Assembly (NCBI GenBank): GCA_035632955.1 | Contig: DASQFU010000008.1 | Span: 102-64,101 of the forward strand | From: Candidatus Limnocylindria bacterium | Lineage (GTDB): Bacteria; Eisenbacteria; RBG-16-71-46 | Length of the DNA: 64,000 nucleotides | Reading direction: 5' to 3' | Shown here: positions 38,577 to 46,576 of the stretch, piece after piece | How positions within the stretch are numbered: position 1 is the first letter of the stretch | Layout of the letters: every line of letters starts with the position of its first letter | Translations under genes and position numbers: made by a program | Notes under the pieces: generated by a model | The model's database searches: none | Seen by the model: only the letters and a program-made list of their open reading frames with translations | What the model was told of the DNA's origin: nothing

Positions 38577-39110
38577 ATGGCGACTCAGCTGAAGTCCAAG
38601 CGACCCGTACGGCGAAGCGTAAAGAAGGCTGCGACGAAGCGTCCCGTCCGGCGGGCTGCCTCGTCTGAGAAACGTTCGACCAACGGACGCGCGCGGAGTC
38701 ACGCGGTGGCCGGTCGGCGTCAGGCGGAGACGCTGCGACTTCGCTCCGTGACGCCGACTTATACCGTGACCAATCTGCAAAAGACCATCGAGTGGTATTG
38801 CGACGGTCTGGGTTTCGTGGTGTCGGAGCGATGGGAAGAGGGTGGCAAGCTGGAAGGCGTGATGCTCAAAGCGGGCAACTGCACCTTCGGTCTCTCGCAG
38901 GATAACTTCGCCAAGGGACAGGACCGCGAGAAAGGCGTCGGGTTCCGGATCTACGCCGACACCGTGCAGAGCGTCGATGCGTTGGCCAAGCGGATGCGAG
39001 CCTACGGCGGCAAGATCATCGCGGAGCCGGCCGACATGCCGTGGGGCGCTCGCAGCTTCACGGTCGAAGACCCGGACGGCTTCAAGATCAGCTTCAGCGA
39101 GTCACGCTGA
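38577..39110 (+). CDS. VOC (glyoxalase/bleomycin-resistance fold) protein with a ~55-aa Lys/Arg-rich N-terminal tail
   Basis: ATG 38577. The tail MATQLKSKRPVRRSVKKAATKRPVRRAASSEKRS contains KRPVRR twice. The VOC core follows (TVTNLQKTIEWYCDGLGF...WGARSFTVEDPDGFKISF). Confidence 0.8.
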   Translation: MATQLKSKRPVRRSVKKAATKRPVRRAASSEKRSTNGRARSHAVAGRRQAETLRLRSVTPTYTVTNLQKTIEWYCDGLGFVVSERWEEGGKLEGVMLKAGNCTFGLSQDNFAKGQDREKGVGFRIYADTVQSVDALAKRMRAYGGKIIAEPADMPWGARSFTVEDPDGFKISFSESR

Positions 39111-39246
39111 GCGGCACCTTCACGAAACCTCCGAGCCCACCAGCGGCTCGGCTGCCGACAGGCGCCCGCGTCAGGCGACGCGGGCGCCTCAACATGCGTG
39201 GCGGGCCGCGAGCAGAGCGCGCCTGGTCCGCGGTGAAGGCCGTAAA

Positions 39247-39292
39247 CTGGTACTTGCGATCCCTCCCTTTCTTGGCAGATCATTGGACCAGT
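39247..39292. promoter_or_regulatory. Second copy of CTGGTAC-N32-GACCAGT, ending 1 nt before the MocR-family regulator ATG (candidate autoregulatory operator)
   Basis: CTGGTAC lies at 39247-39253 and GACCAGT at 39286-39292. A weak sigma70-like pair sits between them: TTGCGA (39254-39259), an 18-nt gap, then GATCAT (39278-39283). Confidence 0.4.
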
Positions 39293-39293
39293 C

Positions 39294-40763
39294 ATGCGCA
39301 CCTGGGATCTGGTCCTGCCGGTCGAGCGCGCCAACGGCTCGGCGTTGTTCCTGCAGATCGCACGCGGGATCGCCGAGCACATCCGGACCGGCCGGCTGCG
39401 CCCCGGAGACCCGATCCCGGGAACCCGGAGCTTGGCGCGCACGCTCGGCGTCCACCGCAACACCGTGATCGCGGCATGCCGCGAGCTGACCGCCGAGGGC
39501 TGGCTGACCTCGCACCCGGCGCGCGGCACGTTCGTCTCGCGCGCGCTGCCCGATCCGGCGCCGCGGCCGTTCACGAGCGTGGTGCGGCCTCTTGCGCCGG
39601 CGGCGGCGCCCATGCGACCTCCCTATCCGTTGCGTCCGGCGCCGCCACCCTGGTTGACGATGAACGCCCCTCCGGGCGCGACGATGCTGATCGGCGGCAA
39701 GCCCGATCTGAGTCTCGTGCCGACGACGGCGCTCGCACGCGCCTATCGCCGGACGCTGAAGCGCAGCGGCGCCGACGTGCTGGGTTACGGCGATCCGCGC
39801 GGCCACGAGCGCCTGCGCGCCGCGATCGCGAGCATGCTGGCCTCGACGCGTGGCCTTCCCGTGACGTCCGAGGAAGTGCTGATCACGCGCGGCAGCCAGA
39901 TGGCGGTATTCGTGATCGCGCGCACGTTGTTCGGGCCTGGCGATGTGATCGCGATCGAATCCCTGGGCTACGTGCCTGCGTGGGAGACCTTGCGCTCGAC
40001 CGGTGCGCGGCTGGTTCCGGTGCCGGTGGACGAATCGGGATTGCAGGTAGACGCGCTGGAGCGGTTGATGAAGCGCGAGCGGGTGCGCGCGGTCTACCTG
40101 ACTCCTCACCACCAGTATCCGACCACCGTCACGCTCTCGCCCGGCCGGCGGATCGAGCTGCTCGAGCTCGCGCGCCGGCGGCGGCTCGCGATCATCGAGG
40201 ACGACTACGATCACGAGTTCCATTTCGACGGACGTCCGATCCTGCCGCTCGCGAGCAGCGACCGCACCGGGCGCGTCGTGTACCTCGGGACGCTGTCGAA
40301 GGTGTTGGCGCCGGGGCTGCGGATCGGCTACGTGGTGGCACCGGCGCCCGTGATCAAGCGGATGGGCGAGCACCGAACGTTCGTGGACATCAGCGGCGAT
40401 CACGCCATGGAATGTGCGGTCGCCGAGCTGTTCGAGGACGGAGAGATGCAGCGCCACACGCGACGCGCGCGCCGCATCTACATGGCGCGGCGCGACGCGC
40501 TAGTGACCGCGCTCCGCACCCATCTTGCAGGCGTGCTGAGCTTCGAGGTCCCGACCGGTGGCATGGCCCTGTGGGCTCGCGCCGCGAAGAGCGTTCGCGT
40601 CGACGCCTGGGCGGAGCGCTGCGCGGCCGTGGGAGTTCGCTTCCAGCCCGGCCGGCAGTTCGCGTTCGACCGGCGTTCGGTGCCGTGCGTGCGGCTCGGG
40701 TTCGCTCCAGTCGGCGAGCTGGAGATCGAAGGCGCAGTGCGCAAGATGGCGTCGGCGCTGTAG
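39294..40763 (+). CDS. MocR/GabR/PdxR-subfamily GntR regulator (wHTH + fold-type I aminotransferase-like domain)
   Basis: 489 aa. It has the wHTH segment GTRSLARTLGVHRNTVIAACRELTAEGWL and an aminotransferase-like domain with the PLP-lysine motif YLGTLSKVLAPGLRIGY. Confidence 0.9.
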   Translation: MRTWDLVLPVERANGSALFLQIARGIAEHIRTGRLRPGDPIPGTRSLARTLGVHRNTVIAACRELTAEGWLTSHPARGTFVSRALPDPAPRPFTSVVRPLAPAAAPMRPPYPLRPAPPPWLTMNAPPGATMLIGGKPDLSLVPTTALARAYRRTLKRSGADVLGYGDPRGHERLRAAIASMLASTRGLPVTSEEVLITRGSQMAVFVIARTLFGPGDVIAIESLGYVPAWETLRSTGARLVPVPVDESGLQVDALERLMKRERVRAVYLTPHHQYPTTVTLSPGRRIELLELARRRRLAIIEDDYDHEFHFDGRPILPLASSDRTGRVVYLGTLSKVLAPGLRIGYVVAPAPVIKRMGEHRTFVDISGDHAMECAVAELFEDGEMQRHTRRARRIYMARRDALVTALRTHLAGVLSFEVPTGGMALWARAAKSVRVDAWAERCAAVGVRFQPGRQFAFDRRSVPCVRLGFAPVGELEIEGAVRKMASAL

Positions 40764-41072
40764 GACGTTTAGCCGCGCGGTGAACGTTCTCGTACGCGTG
40801 CCACGTGAACCATGAGGTCCCAGCGCTGCCGGCGCCGCTGCCGAGCAGGAGATGTCGCACCCGCTAGTAACGGCAACACGCCCTCCTCCCGGCACAAGAG
40901 ACCGAAGCCGATCAGGGTCATGAGGACCCCGACCAGGGTCGCGGCGGCTGTGCCGACCAATAGGTATTAGTCGTGCCACTGTTCGAGCGCTTCGGCGAAC
41001 CGGTGTGGCATCATGGCGGGTCCTTAGACCATACGGTTGACAAGGAATACTCCATCGCATCCGCACCTGCCC

Positions 41073-41906
41073 ATGCCCCGAGTCAGCGTCGTCGTCAGTC
41101 ACTACGATCGCCAGCCGCTTCTCCTGGAAGCGCTCCGCTCGATCGCGTCCCAGACCTATCGCGACTTCGAGGTGATCGTCGTCAACGATCATGGCGCTGA
41201 CTCGCGCGCGCTGGTCGACGACTTCGCGGCACGCTTCGCCTGCGGCCCCTCACCCTTCGCTCTGCGCTACGATTATCGTCCCCGCAATGCGGGCGTCGCG
41301 GCGACGCGGAACCGCGGCGTGGCCCTCGCGAGCGGGGAGTTGATCACCTACCTCGACGACGACGATCTGTGGCGGCCGGATCTCCTGGAGGGACTGGTCG
41401 GCGTCCTCGACGCGCGCCAGGACTGCGGGCTCGCCTACGGCGATGCGGAGATCTGGCGCATGGAGCGGGACCTTCCCCACGGCGGATCGAGAGATGTGGA
41501 TCCGGGGTGGCGGCCGGCGGAGACGCGAACGCTCGCGGTGCCATTCGACGACGATGCACTGCGGCGCGACGACTTCATCGTTCCCGGCGGCATGATGCAT
41601 CGGCGATCGCTCTACGAGGCGGTCGGACCGTTCGACGAGAGCCTGTACGTTTCCGACGACTGGGACTGGCTGCTGCGCGCCTCCGCCGTGACGCGTTTCG
41701 TCCGGCTGCCACAGGTCGTCATCACCGTGCGCATCTGGCCCGATCGCGCGAACCTGTCGGCGAACTTCGACGCGCGACGCCTCGCCGTACTCGTCGAGAT
41801 CGAGCGCCGGCACGCGACGCCTCGTCTCGAGCCGAAGACCTTCTGGGAAGTCGCCGAGACGCATGGCGGCCGCGACGATTCGCGCCCGGAGCCGCCCGCG
41901 CCATAG
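41073..41906 (+). CDS. Family 2 glycosyltransferase
   Basis: ATG 41073 gives MPRVSVVVSHYDRQPLLLEALRSIASQTYRDFEVIVVNDHG. It has the DxD-type motif YLDDDD. Confidence 0.85.
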   Translation: MPRVSVVVSHYDRQPLLLEALRSIASQTYRDFEVIVVNDHGADSRALVDDFAARFACGPSPFALRYDYRPRNAGVAATRNRGVALASGELITYLDDDDLWRPDLLEGLVGVLDARQDCGLAYGDAEIWRMERDLPHGGSRDVDPGWRPAETRTLAVPFDDDALRRDDFIVPGGMMHRRSLYEAVGPFDESLYVSDDWDWLLRASAVTRFVRLPQVVITVRIWPDRANLSANFDARRLAVLVEIERRHATPRLEPKTFWEVAETHGGRDDSRPEPPAP

Positions 41907-41918
41907 AGTGGTGTGGTC

Positions 41919-42932
41919 ATGACGCAGCCGCCTTCCCCCGCGAAACTCCTCGAGATCGCAACCGCGTTCCAGCGCTCCAAGACGCTGTTTGCGCTCGTTT
42001 CGCTGGAGATCCCGACCCTGCTGGCCGGCGGTCCGCGCTCGGTAGACGAGATCGCGAAGAAGCTCGGCGCCGATCTGCTCGCGATCGACCGTATGCTCAA
42101 TGCTGGCGTCGCCCTCGGTCTGCTTGTGCGAGAGGGAGACGGATTCCGAAATGCGCTCGACGCCCAGCACTTTCTCGTGCGTGGCACGGAGACCTACCTC
42201 GGCGACGCGTTCAGCCGCTACGACCGTGTGTCGTCCTTGGCAGAATGGGCGGAGTTCGCCCAGCGATTGCGCTCGTGGCGCGCAGGAACGACGAAGGATC
42301 GGATCTCGATGGTCGCCGCTCCGGTCGGAGAAGAAATCGAAGGACAGCACCGGCTGTCGTTGCTCGCCGGCGAGGCGCTCGCACGCGCGCTCGAGCTTTC
42401 CCGGCATCGGCGCCTGCTCGACCTCGGTGGAGGCACCGGAGCCATGTCGATCGCTCTGTGCCGGCGCTTTCCGGCGTTGCACTCGGTCGTTCTCGAGCTG
42501 CCCGCGATCGTCCCGCTTGCACAGGCCCGCGTGCGGGACAGCGGATTCGACGATCGCATCGCGGTGCGTGAAGGCGATTTCGTCACTGGCCCGCTTCCCG
42601 ATGGCTGCGACGTCGTCTTGCTGGCCAACGTCCTGTCGATGTTGAGCGCCAGCGCCAGCCAGGCCTTGCTCTCCCGGGTCTTCGAGCGCTTGCCCGCGGG
42701 TGGAATCGTCCTGCTGAGCGGCTGGATGCTCGACGGCAACCGTACGGGCCCGCTCGTGCCGGTTCTGTTCTGCCTCGAGGACATCCTCCTCGGCGCTCCC
42801 GACGTGGAGCGCTCGACCGCCACTTACGCCGAATGGCTGGCTGAGGCGGGATTCGCCGGGATCGAGCAGGCGATGTACTTCGAGCCGACGCGCTTCGTCG
42901 TCGGCCGCAAGCCGGGAGAGTTGCCGGAGTGA
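41919..42932 (+). CDS. Class I SAM-dependent O-methyltransferase (COMT/dimerisation-domain type)
   Basis: ATG 41919. An N-terminal wHTH/dimerisation region is followed by SAM motif I LLDLGGGTGAMSIAL and by VVLLANVLS. Confidence 0.85.
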   Translation: MTQPPSPAKLLEIATAFQRSKTLFALVSLEIPTLLAGGPRSVDEIAKKLGADLLAIDRMLNAGVALGLLVREGDGFRNALDAQHFLVRGTETYLGDAFSRYDRVSSLAEWAEFAQRLRSWRAGTTKDRISMVAAPVGEEIEGQHRLSLLAGEALARALELSRHRRLLDLGGGTGAMSIALCRRFPALHSVVLELPAIVPLAQARVRDSGFDDRIAVREGDFVTGPLPDGCDVVLLANVLSMLSASASQALLSRVFERLPAGGIVLLSGWMLDGNRTGPLVPVLFCLEDILLGAPDVERSTATYAEWLAEAGFAGIEQAMYFEPTRFVVGRKPGELPE

Positions 42933-42998
42933 AACCCCAAACACAACGACCACCTCCGGTGAATGGAAATGGTCGCTGTCGACAGCGGTCACTCGATA

Positions 42999-43139
42999 TC
43001 AACGATAGATGCTCTTCACCTTGCCCCAGCTCATGAGAACTGCCGGGGTGACCAGGCTCTTGAAGTCATAGGTCGTGGTCTTGACGTCACCCGTGAAACG
43101 GATGTCCAGCTTGTCGGCGTTCCCGTCGAAGTTGTCCTA
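42999..43139 (-). pseudogene. Orphan 45-codon lower-GC gene fragment (C-terminal end of an unidentified protein)
   Basis: The minus-strand frame reads (stop)DNFDGNADKLDIRFTGDVKTTTYDFKSLVTPAVLMSWGKVKSIYR(stop). It is bounded by in-frame stops at 43137-43139 and 42999-43001. GC is clearly lower than the surroundings, and there is no start codon. Confidence 0.35.
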
Positions 43140-43231
43140 GTGCGGCCGCTCCGAGCTCGCTCGACGATACACGCGATTCTTGGCGCCCTAACGATTCGCG
43201 TGCGCAGATCGTCTCGAAGCGCGAATTGACC

Positions 43232-43358
43232 TTTATCGCTCGTCCTCCAGAAGGGCGGCGGCTCGCAACAACGCTTCGCGTACCGGTCCGATCCCGGCGC
43301 GAAGCGCCTCGCCAATGCTCGCGAAAGCGGCGGCCACCAATCCCCCTTGGGACAACGT
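43232..43358 (-). pseudogene. Orphan 3'-terminal fragment of an M28 peptidase gene; direct repeat of 44342-44423
   Basis: It reads ...GEALRAGIGPVREALLRAAALLEDER(stop at 43233-43235). The intact peptidase ends GDALRAGIGPVREVLLRAAALLEGER(stop at 44343-44345). Hand alignment of 43237-43313 against 44347-44423 gives 64 of 77 identical with no gaps, and most differences are synonymous. Confidence 0.6.
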
Positions 43359-44222
43359 TCAGAATCTGACGACCAGCGCGACCCGACGCGTCCCGTTGTC
43401 GTCTCGCCACACCGCAGGTGACGCCGCTGGTCCGTGGCGATCACTCGTGGCATTGAGCTGCCGGATGCCGAGGCCCACCGAAACCAGGCCGACACAGATG
43501 TCGAGAGCGCCGAACGTCCGCAGAGCTCCGTCATCATCGGCAAGAGCTGGCGCACCGAGCCCAGCTCCGATCAGTCCGCAGGCCACACCAAGCAGGCCAC
43601 GGACGTTACGCCGATTCGGGCTGGTCGCAGTCGACGCATTGAGAGCAACCCCTGCCGTCCCCAACCCGGCGCCGAGCGTGGCCGATGCGATGGTCAGCCC
43701 TTGCACAAAGTTGTCTGAGGGCCGCTCCCCCTCGTACGCTGGCTGGATGCGGGCTGCCTCCGCCAACGTCAGCCCGTTTCCATCGAGCCAGGCGACGAGC
43801 GCCTTCTCGCCAGCGAGATCGCGGATGCGCGCCAGATTCCTGCTTCTCGCAATCCGCGCAACCAGCGCAGCTTCGCCGGATCGCTCGATCAAGTGCGCCA
43901 TCGCACAGCGGGTACCGTGCTCGTCAACGAACACGGGCGTCCGCCGACTGGGCAGGACGTGGTTGTGCGGGAACACTCCGCGCTGCCGGTAGGCTCGAAG
44001 ATCGGCAATGTGACGCTCGCGCGCAGTCCGTTGCGCGAGGGTAAGTCCCGAGACATCGCGGCCCAGGAGAAGCGCTTCCGCTCCCTCGAGATGGCGACGG
44101 ACTTGGGCGTCACCCCGATCGTAGTGATCTCGTTCGAGATTGCGGGCGGCGGGGCCGTAACCCCAGGCAAGCACGGCCGCGCAGAGAATGGCGACTGCTC
44201 CGATTCGGTATGAGCGTGACAT
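43359..44222 (-). CDS. Hypothetical secreted/membrane protein (signal peptide, Gly-rich C-terminal TM segments)
   Basis: 287 aa beginning MSRSYRIGAVAILCAAVLAWG. It has a central PVFVDEHGTRCAMAHLIE motif and C-terminal glycine-zipper-like helices. It lies between the two copies of the M28 3' end. Confidence 0.6.
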   Translation of the reverse strand: MSRSYRIGAVAILCAAVLAWGYGPAARNLERDHYDRGDAQVRRHLEGAEALLLGRDVSGLTLAQRTARERHIADLRAYRQRGVFPHNHVLPSRRTPVFVDEHGTRCAMAHLIERSGEAALVARIARSRNLARIRDLAGEKALVAWLDGNGLTLAEAARIQPAYEGERPSDNFVQGLTIASATLGAGLGTAGVALNASTATSPNRRNVRGLLGVACGLIGAGLGAPALADDDGALRTFGALDICVGLVSVGLGIRQLNATSDRHGPAASPAVWRDDNGTRRVALVVRF

Positions 44223-44342
44223 GGCAAGCCTCCTGACTGCGGCACGCCCGGTCAGAGGAAGCTACTTCCATGCTACCCAGAACAAACCTACTGGTTCGCG
44301 AAAAGTTCGGTCCTCTGAGCATTCCGAATCGACTCAACCCTT

Positions 44343-46517
44343 CTACCGCTCGCCCTCCAAGAGGGCCGCAGCTCGCAGCAAAACTTCGCGTACCGGCCCG
44401 ATCCCCGCGCGCAGCGCATCACCGTCGCGGTCGAGCAGCGGCTGCCCGAGTCGCGGCAGCGGAACCGGCGCATAGCCCGTATTCAGCCCCGGCGCGTAGA
44501 TCTCGTGTCGGAACCACGTCCGTCCAGGCAAGCCGGGTCCGATGAACGCGCGCTCGATGGCGATCAGCTTCGCGTTGGCGGCGGTCGCGCTTCCTCCCGG
44601 CCAGGGTTCGCCCTCGAGCGCCCGATCGCAGCGATCCTCGAACGCGCGCGCCGCGGCCAGCAGGCGTTCACCGGCCGCGCGGATCGGCGCGAAATCCGCG
44701 GCGAGCTTCTGCGTCGAATCGACGCCGGCCCGTGCATCGTCGAGACGCTCTTCGATCGCCTGCAGCTCGTCGAGCACGTACTGCGCGGAGTTCGAATAGC
44801 GCAGCGGCAGCAGCTCGGCCTCCGCGAGCCGCAAGGCGACGCGCGTCCAGAGATCGGTCATCGCGAGGTGGTACGCGTATCCGGGATCGACGACGCGATC
44901 GAGATATTCGAAGTCGTCGTACATCGAGTGATAGCTGCCGTGCAGGCCCTCGAAGCGCAGGTCGAGCGCCGGCACGCCAAGGTGGTCGACGAACGCGGTG
45001 TAGTCCGAGCCGCTGCCGAGCGGCGAGACGTTCATGAAGAACGGCCGTTCCGTCTCGCCACGCCAGCGCCGTTCGCGGTTGCGGTGCGCCCACTCCGCCC
45101 GGGCCTCGCTCCACGCCTTGTCGCGCCACGCGTCGAACACACTCGCGCGCTTCTCGGGATTCTGAACCTCGCCCATCGCCTGGACGAGCACGTCGCGCAA
45201 CGCATGCGTCCCGTTGACGCGGAAGTCCTTCCCGCTCACCGCCGCATCGACGTTGAGGTAGGCGACCGCCTTCGCGCGCAGGGCCGCGGCGTTACCCTCG
45301 CAATACTCAGTCGAGCCGAGCAGCCCGTACTCCTCGCCGTCCCACGAGCACAGCACCAGGGTGCGGCGCGGGCGCCAGCCGCTTTCGAGCAACCCGCCGA
45401 TCGTCCGCGCCATCTCCATCATCGCGATCGTGCCGCTGTTGGGGTCGACCGCGCCGTAGGTCCACGCGTCGCGGTGATTGCCGCACATCACCCACTCGTT
45501 GGGCCGCTCGCGACCTTTCAGCGTGGCGATCACGTTCCAGATCGGTCGCACCGCATAGTCGTGATCGGTCTTGAGCCGCACCTTCGCCGGCCCCGGCCCG
45601 ACGTGATACGAGAACGGCAGACCGCCTTGCCACCCGCTCGGCGCCGCGGGCCCTTCGAGTGCTTCCAGGATGCGCGCCGCCTCCGACCAGGCGATCGGTA
45701 GCGAGGGAATGCGAGGGATGCCTCGCACGTCCGAGGCCCTGAGCCGCTTGCCTTTCTCGGTCGATGGCCAGCCCGGCGTCGTCGGGTCGCCGGGACCTTC
45801 CGAGAGATACTGGACGCTGCCACGCTGAATGCCGTCATCCGGCCGCGCCGGCCCGCGCGGGTAGGGATCGCCCTTTCCGTAGCCGTCGTCCAGCGGATCG
45901 CTATAGATGATGACGCCCGCGGCGTGAACCTTCTCGGCGTTCCGGACCTTGAGCCCGCGGAAGATCTTCCCGTAGCGCACCAGCACGATCTTGTTGCGCA
46001 CGTCCACGCCGAGATCGGTCAGTTTCTTGAAGTCGTCGACGTCGCCGTAGTTCGCATAGACGACCTGCGCGGTCACGTCGCCCGCCGCGCCGTAGCCGTG
46101 GAAGCCGTCGAATGCCGCCACGTCGAACGCGTCCTTGTCGCCCAACAGTCCGCGCTCGCGGACCGCGAGCGTCGCCTGGGTCGGCTCGATCAGTTCCAGA
46201 CGGTGCTCGCGCGGGTAGTTGAGATAGACCGGGATGGTCTCGATGCGCGCGTCCCACCCGTAGGCCGCGAGCCGCTGGCGCACGTATTCGGCGGTCGCCC
46301 GGTCCTGGGGCGTGCCGGCGACGTGCGGCTCTTCGGTCAGAATCCGCAAGTGCCGGCGCAGCGTGTCGCGGTGGATCGCCGCGGCGGCCCGCGCCTCGCG
46401 CGCGAGCTGCTCCGAAGTGTCGCTAAGCCGGAAGCCGGTGATGCGTGTCGGTTCGGCGGCGGCCGGCCTCGCCGATCCGGCGCACGCGAGCGCAAGAGCA
46501 AGCGCGAAGCCGATCAA
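44343..46517 (-). CDS. M28-family zinc peptidase, glutamate carboxypeptidase II/NAALADase-like (PA domain + TfR-like dimerisation domain)
   Basis: It has the Zn-ligand motifs GNHRDAWTYGAVDPNSG and SWDGEEYGLLGS, plus a PA domain (KIVLVRYGKIFRGLKVRNAEKVHAAGVIIYSDP). The start is uncertain. TTG 46517 gives the signal-like MIGFALALALACAG. ATG 46679 would overlap the upstream gene by ~100 nt. Confidence 0.9.
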   Translation of the reverse strand: MIGFALALALACAGSARPAAAEPTRITGFRLSDTSEQLAREARAAAAIHRDTLRRHLRILTEEPHVAGTPQDRATAEYVRQRLAAYGWDARIETIPVYLNYPREHRLELIEPTQATLAVRERGLLGDKDAFDVAAFDGFHGYGAAGDVTAQVVYANYGDVDDFKKLTDLGVDVRNKIVLVRYGKIFRGLKVRNAEKVHAAGVIIYSDPLDDGYGKGDPYPRGPARPDDGIQRGSVQYLSEGPGDPTTPGWPSTEKGKRLRASDVRGIPRIPSLPIAWSEAARILEALEGPAAPSGWQGGLPFSYHVGPGPAKVRLKTDHDYAVRPIWNVIATLKGRERPNEWVMCGNHRDAWTYGAVDPNSGTIAMMEMARTIGGLLESGWRPRRTLVLCSWDGEEYGLLGSTEYCEGNAAALRAKAVAYLNVDAAVSGKDFRVNGTHALRDVLVQAMGEVQNPEKRASVFDAWRDKAWSEARAEWAHRNRERRWRGETERPFFMNVSPLGSGSDYTAFVDHLGVPALDLRFEGLHGSYHSMYDDFEYLDRVVDPGYAYHLAMTDLWTRVALRLAEAELLPLRYSNSAQYVLDELQAIEERLDDARAGVDSTQKLAADFAPIRAAGERLLAAARAFEDRCDRALEGEPWPGGSATAANAKLIAIERAFIGPGLPGRTWFRHEIYAPGLNTGYAPVPLPRLGQPLLDRDGDALRAGIGPVREVLLRAAALLEGER

Positions 46518-46576
46518 GAACGCGCGGCGGGCGTGAGGTCGGTGCCGCGGACGCTCAGGGCGAGCGCCGGCTCCGG

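Noticed and set aside
39041-40783. 580-aa plus-strand ORF in another frame and 422-aa minus-strand ORF (39189-40457) over the regulator gene
   Set aside because: Only frame 39294-40763 gives a wHTH plus aminotransferase-like domain with the PLP-lysine motif. The other frames are Arg/Pro-rich shadows.
40769-40960. 63-aa minus-strand mini-ORF beginning with a TM-like segment (LVGTAAATLVGVLMTLIGFGLLC)
   Set aside because: It has a TTG start. High third-position GC holds only for the first ~25 codons and then drops (tta, cta, aca, tct). No RBS or family was recognised. It is possibly a gene relic, but it is not supportable as a CDS.
42971-42990. Palindromic GGTCGCTGTCGACAGCGGTC just after the methyltransferase gene, considered as a terminator
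   Set aside because: The perfect core is only 12 bp with no loop and no following U-tract. It may be fortuitous, and it contains a SalI-type GTCGAC site.
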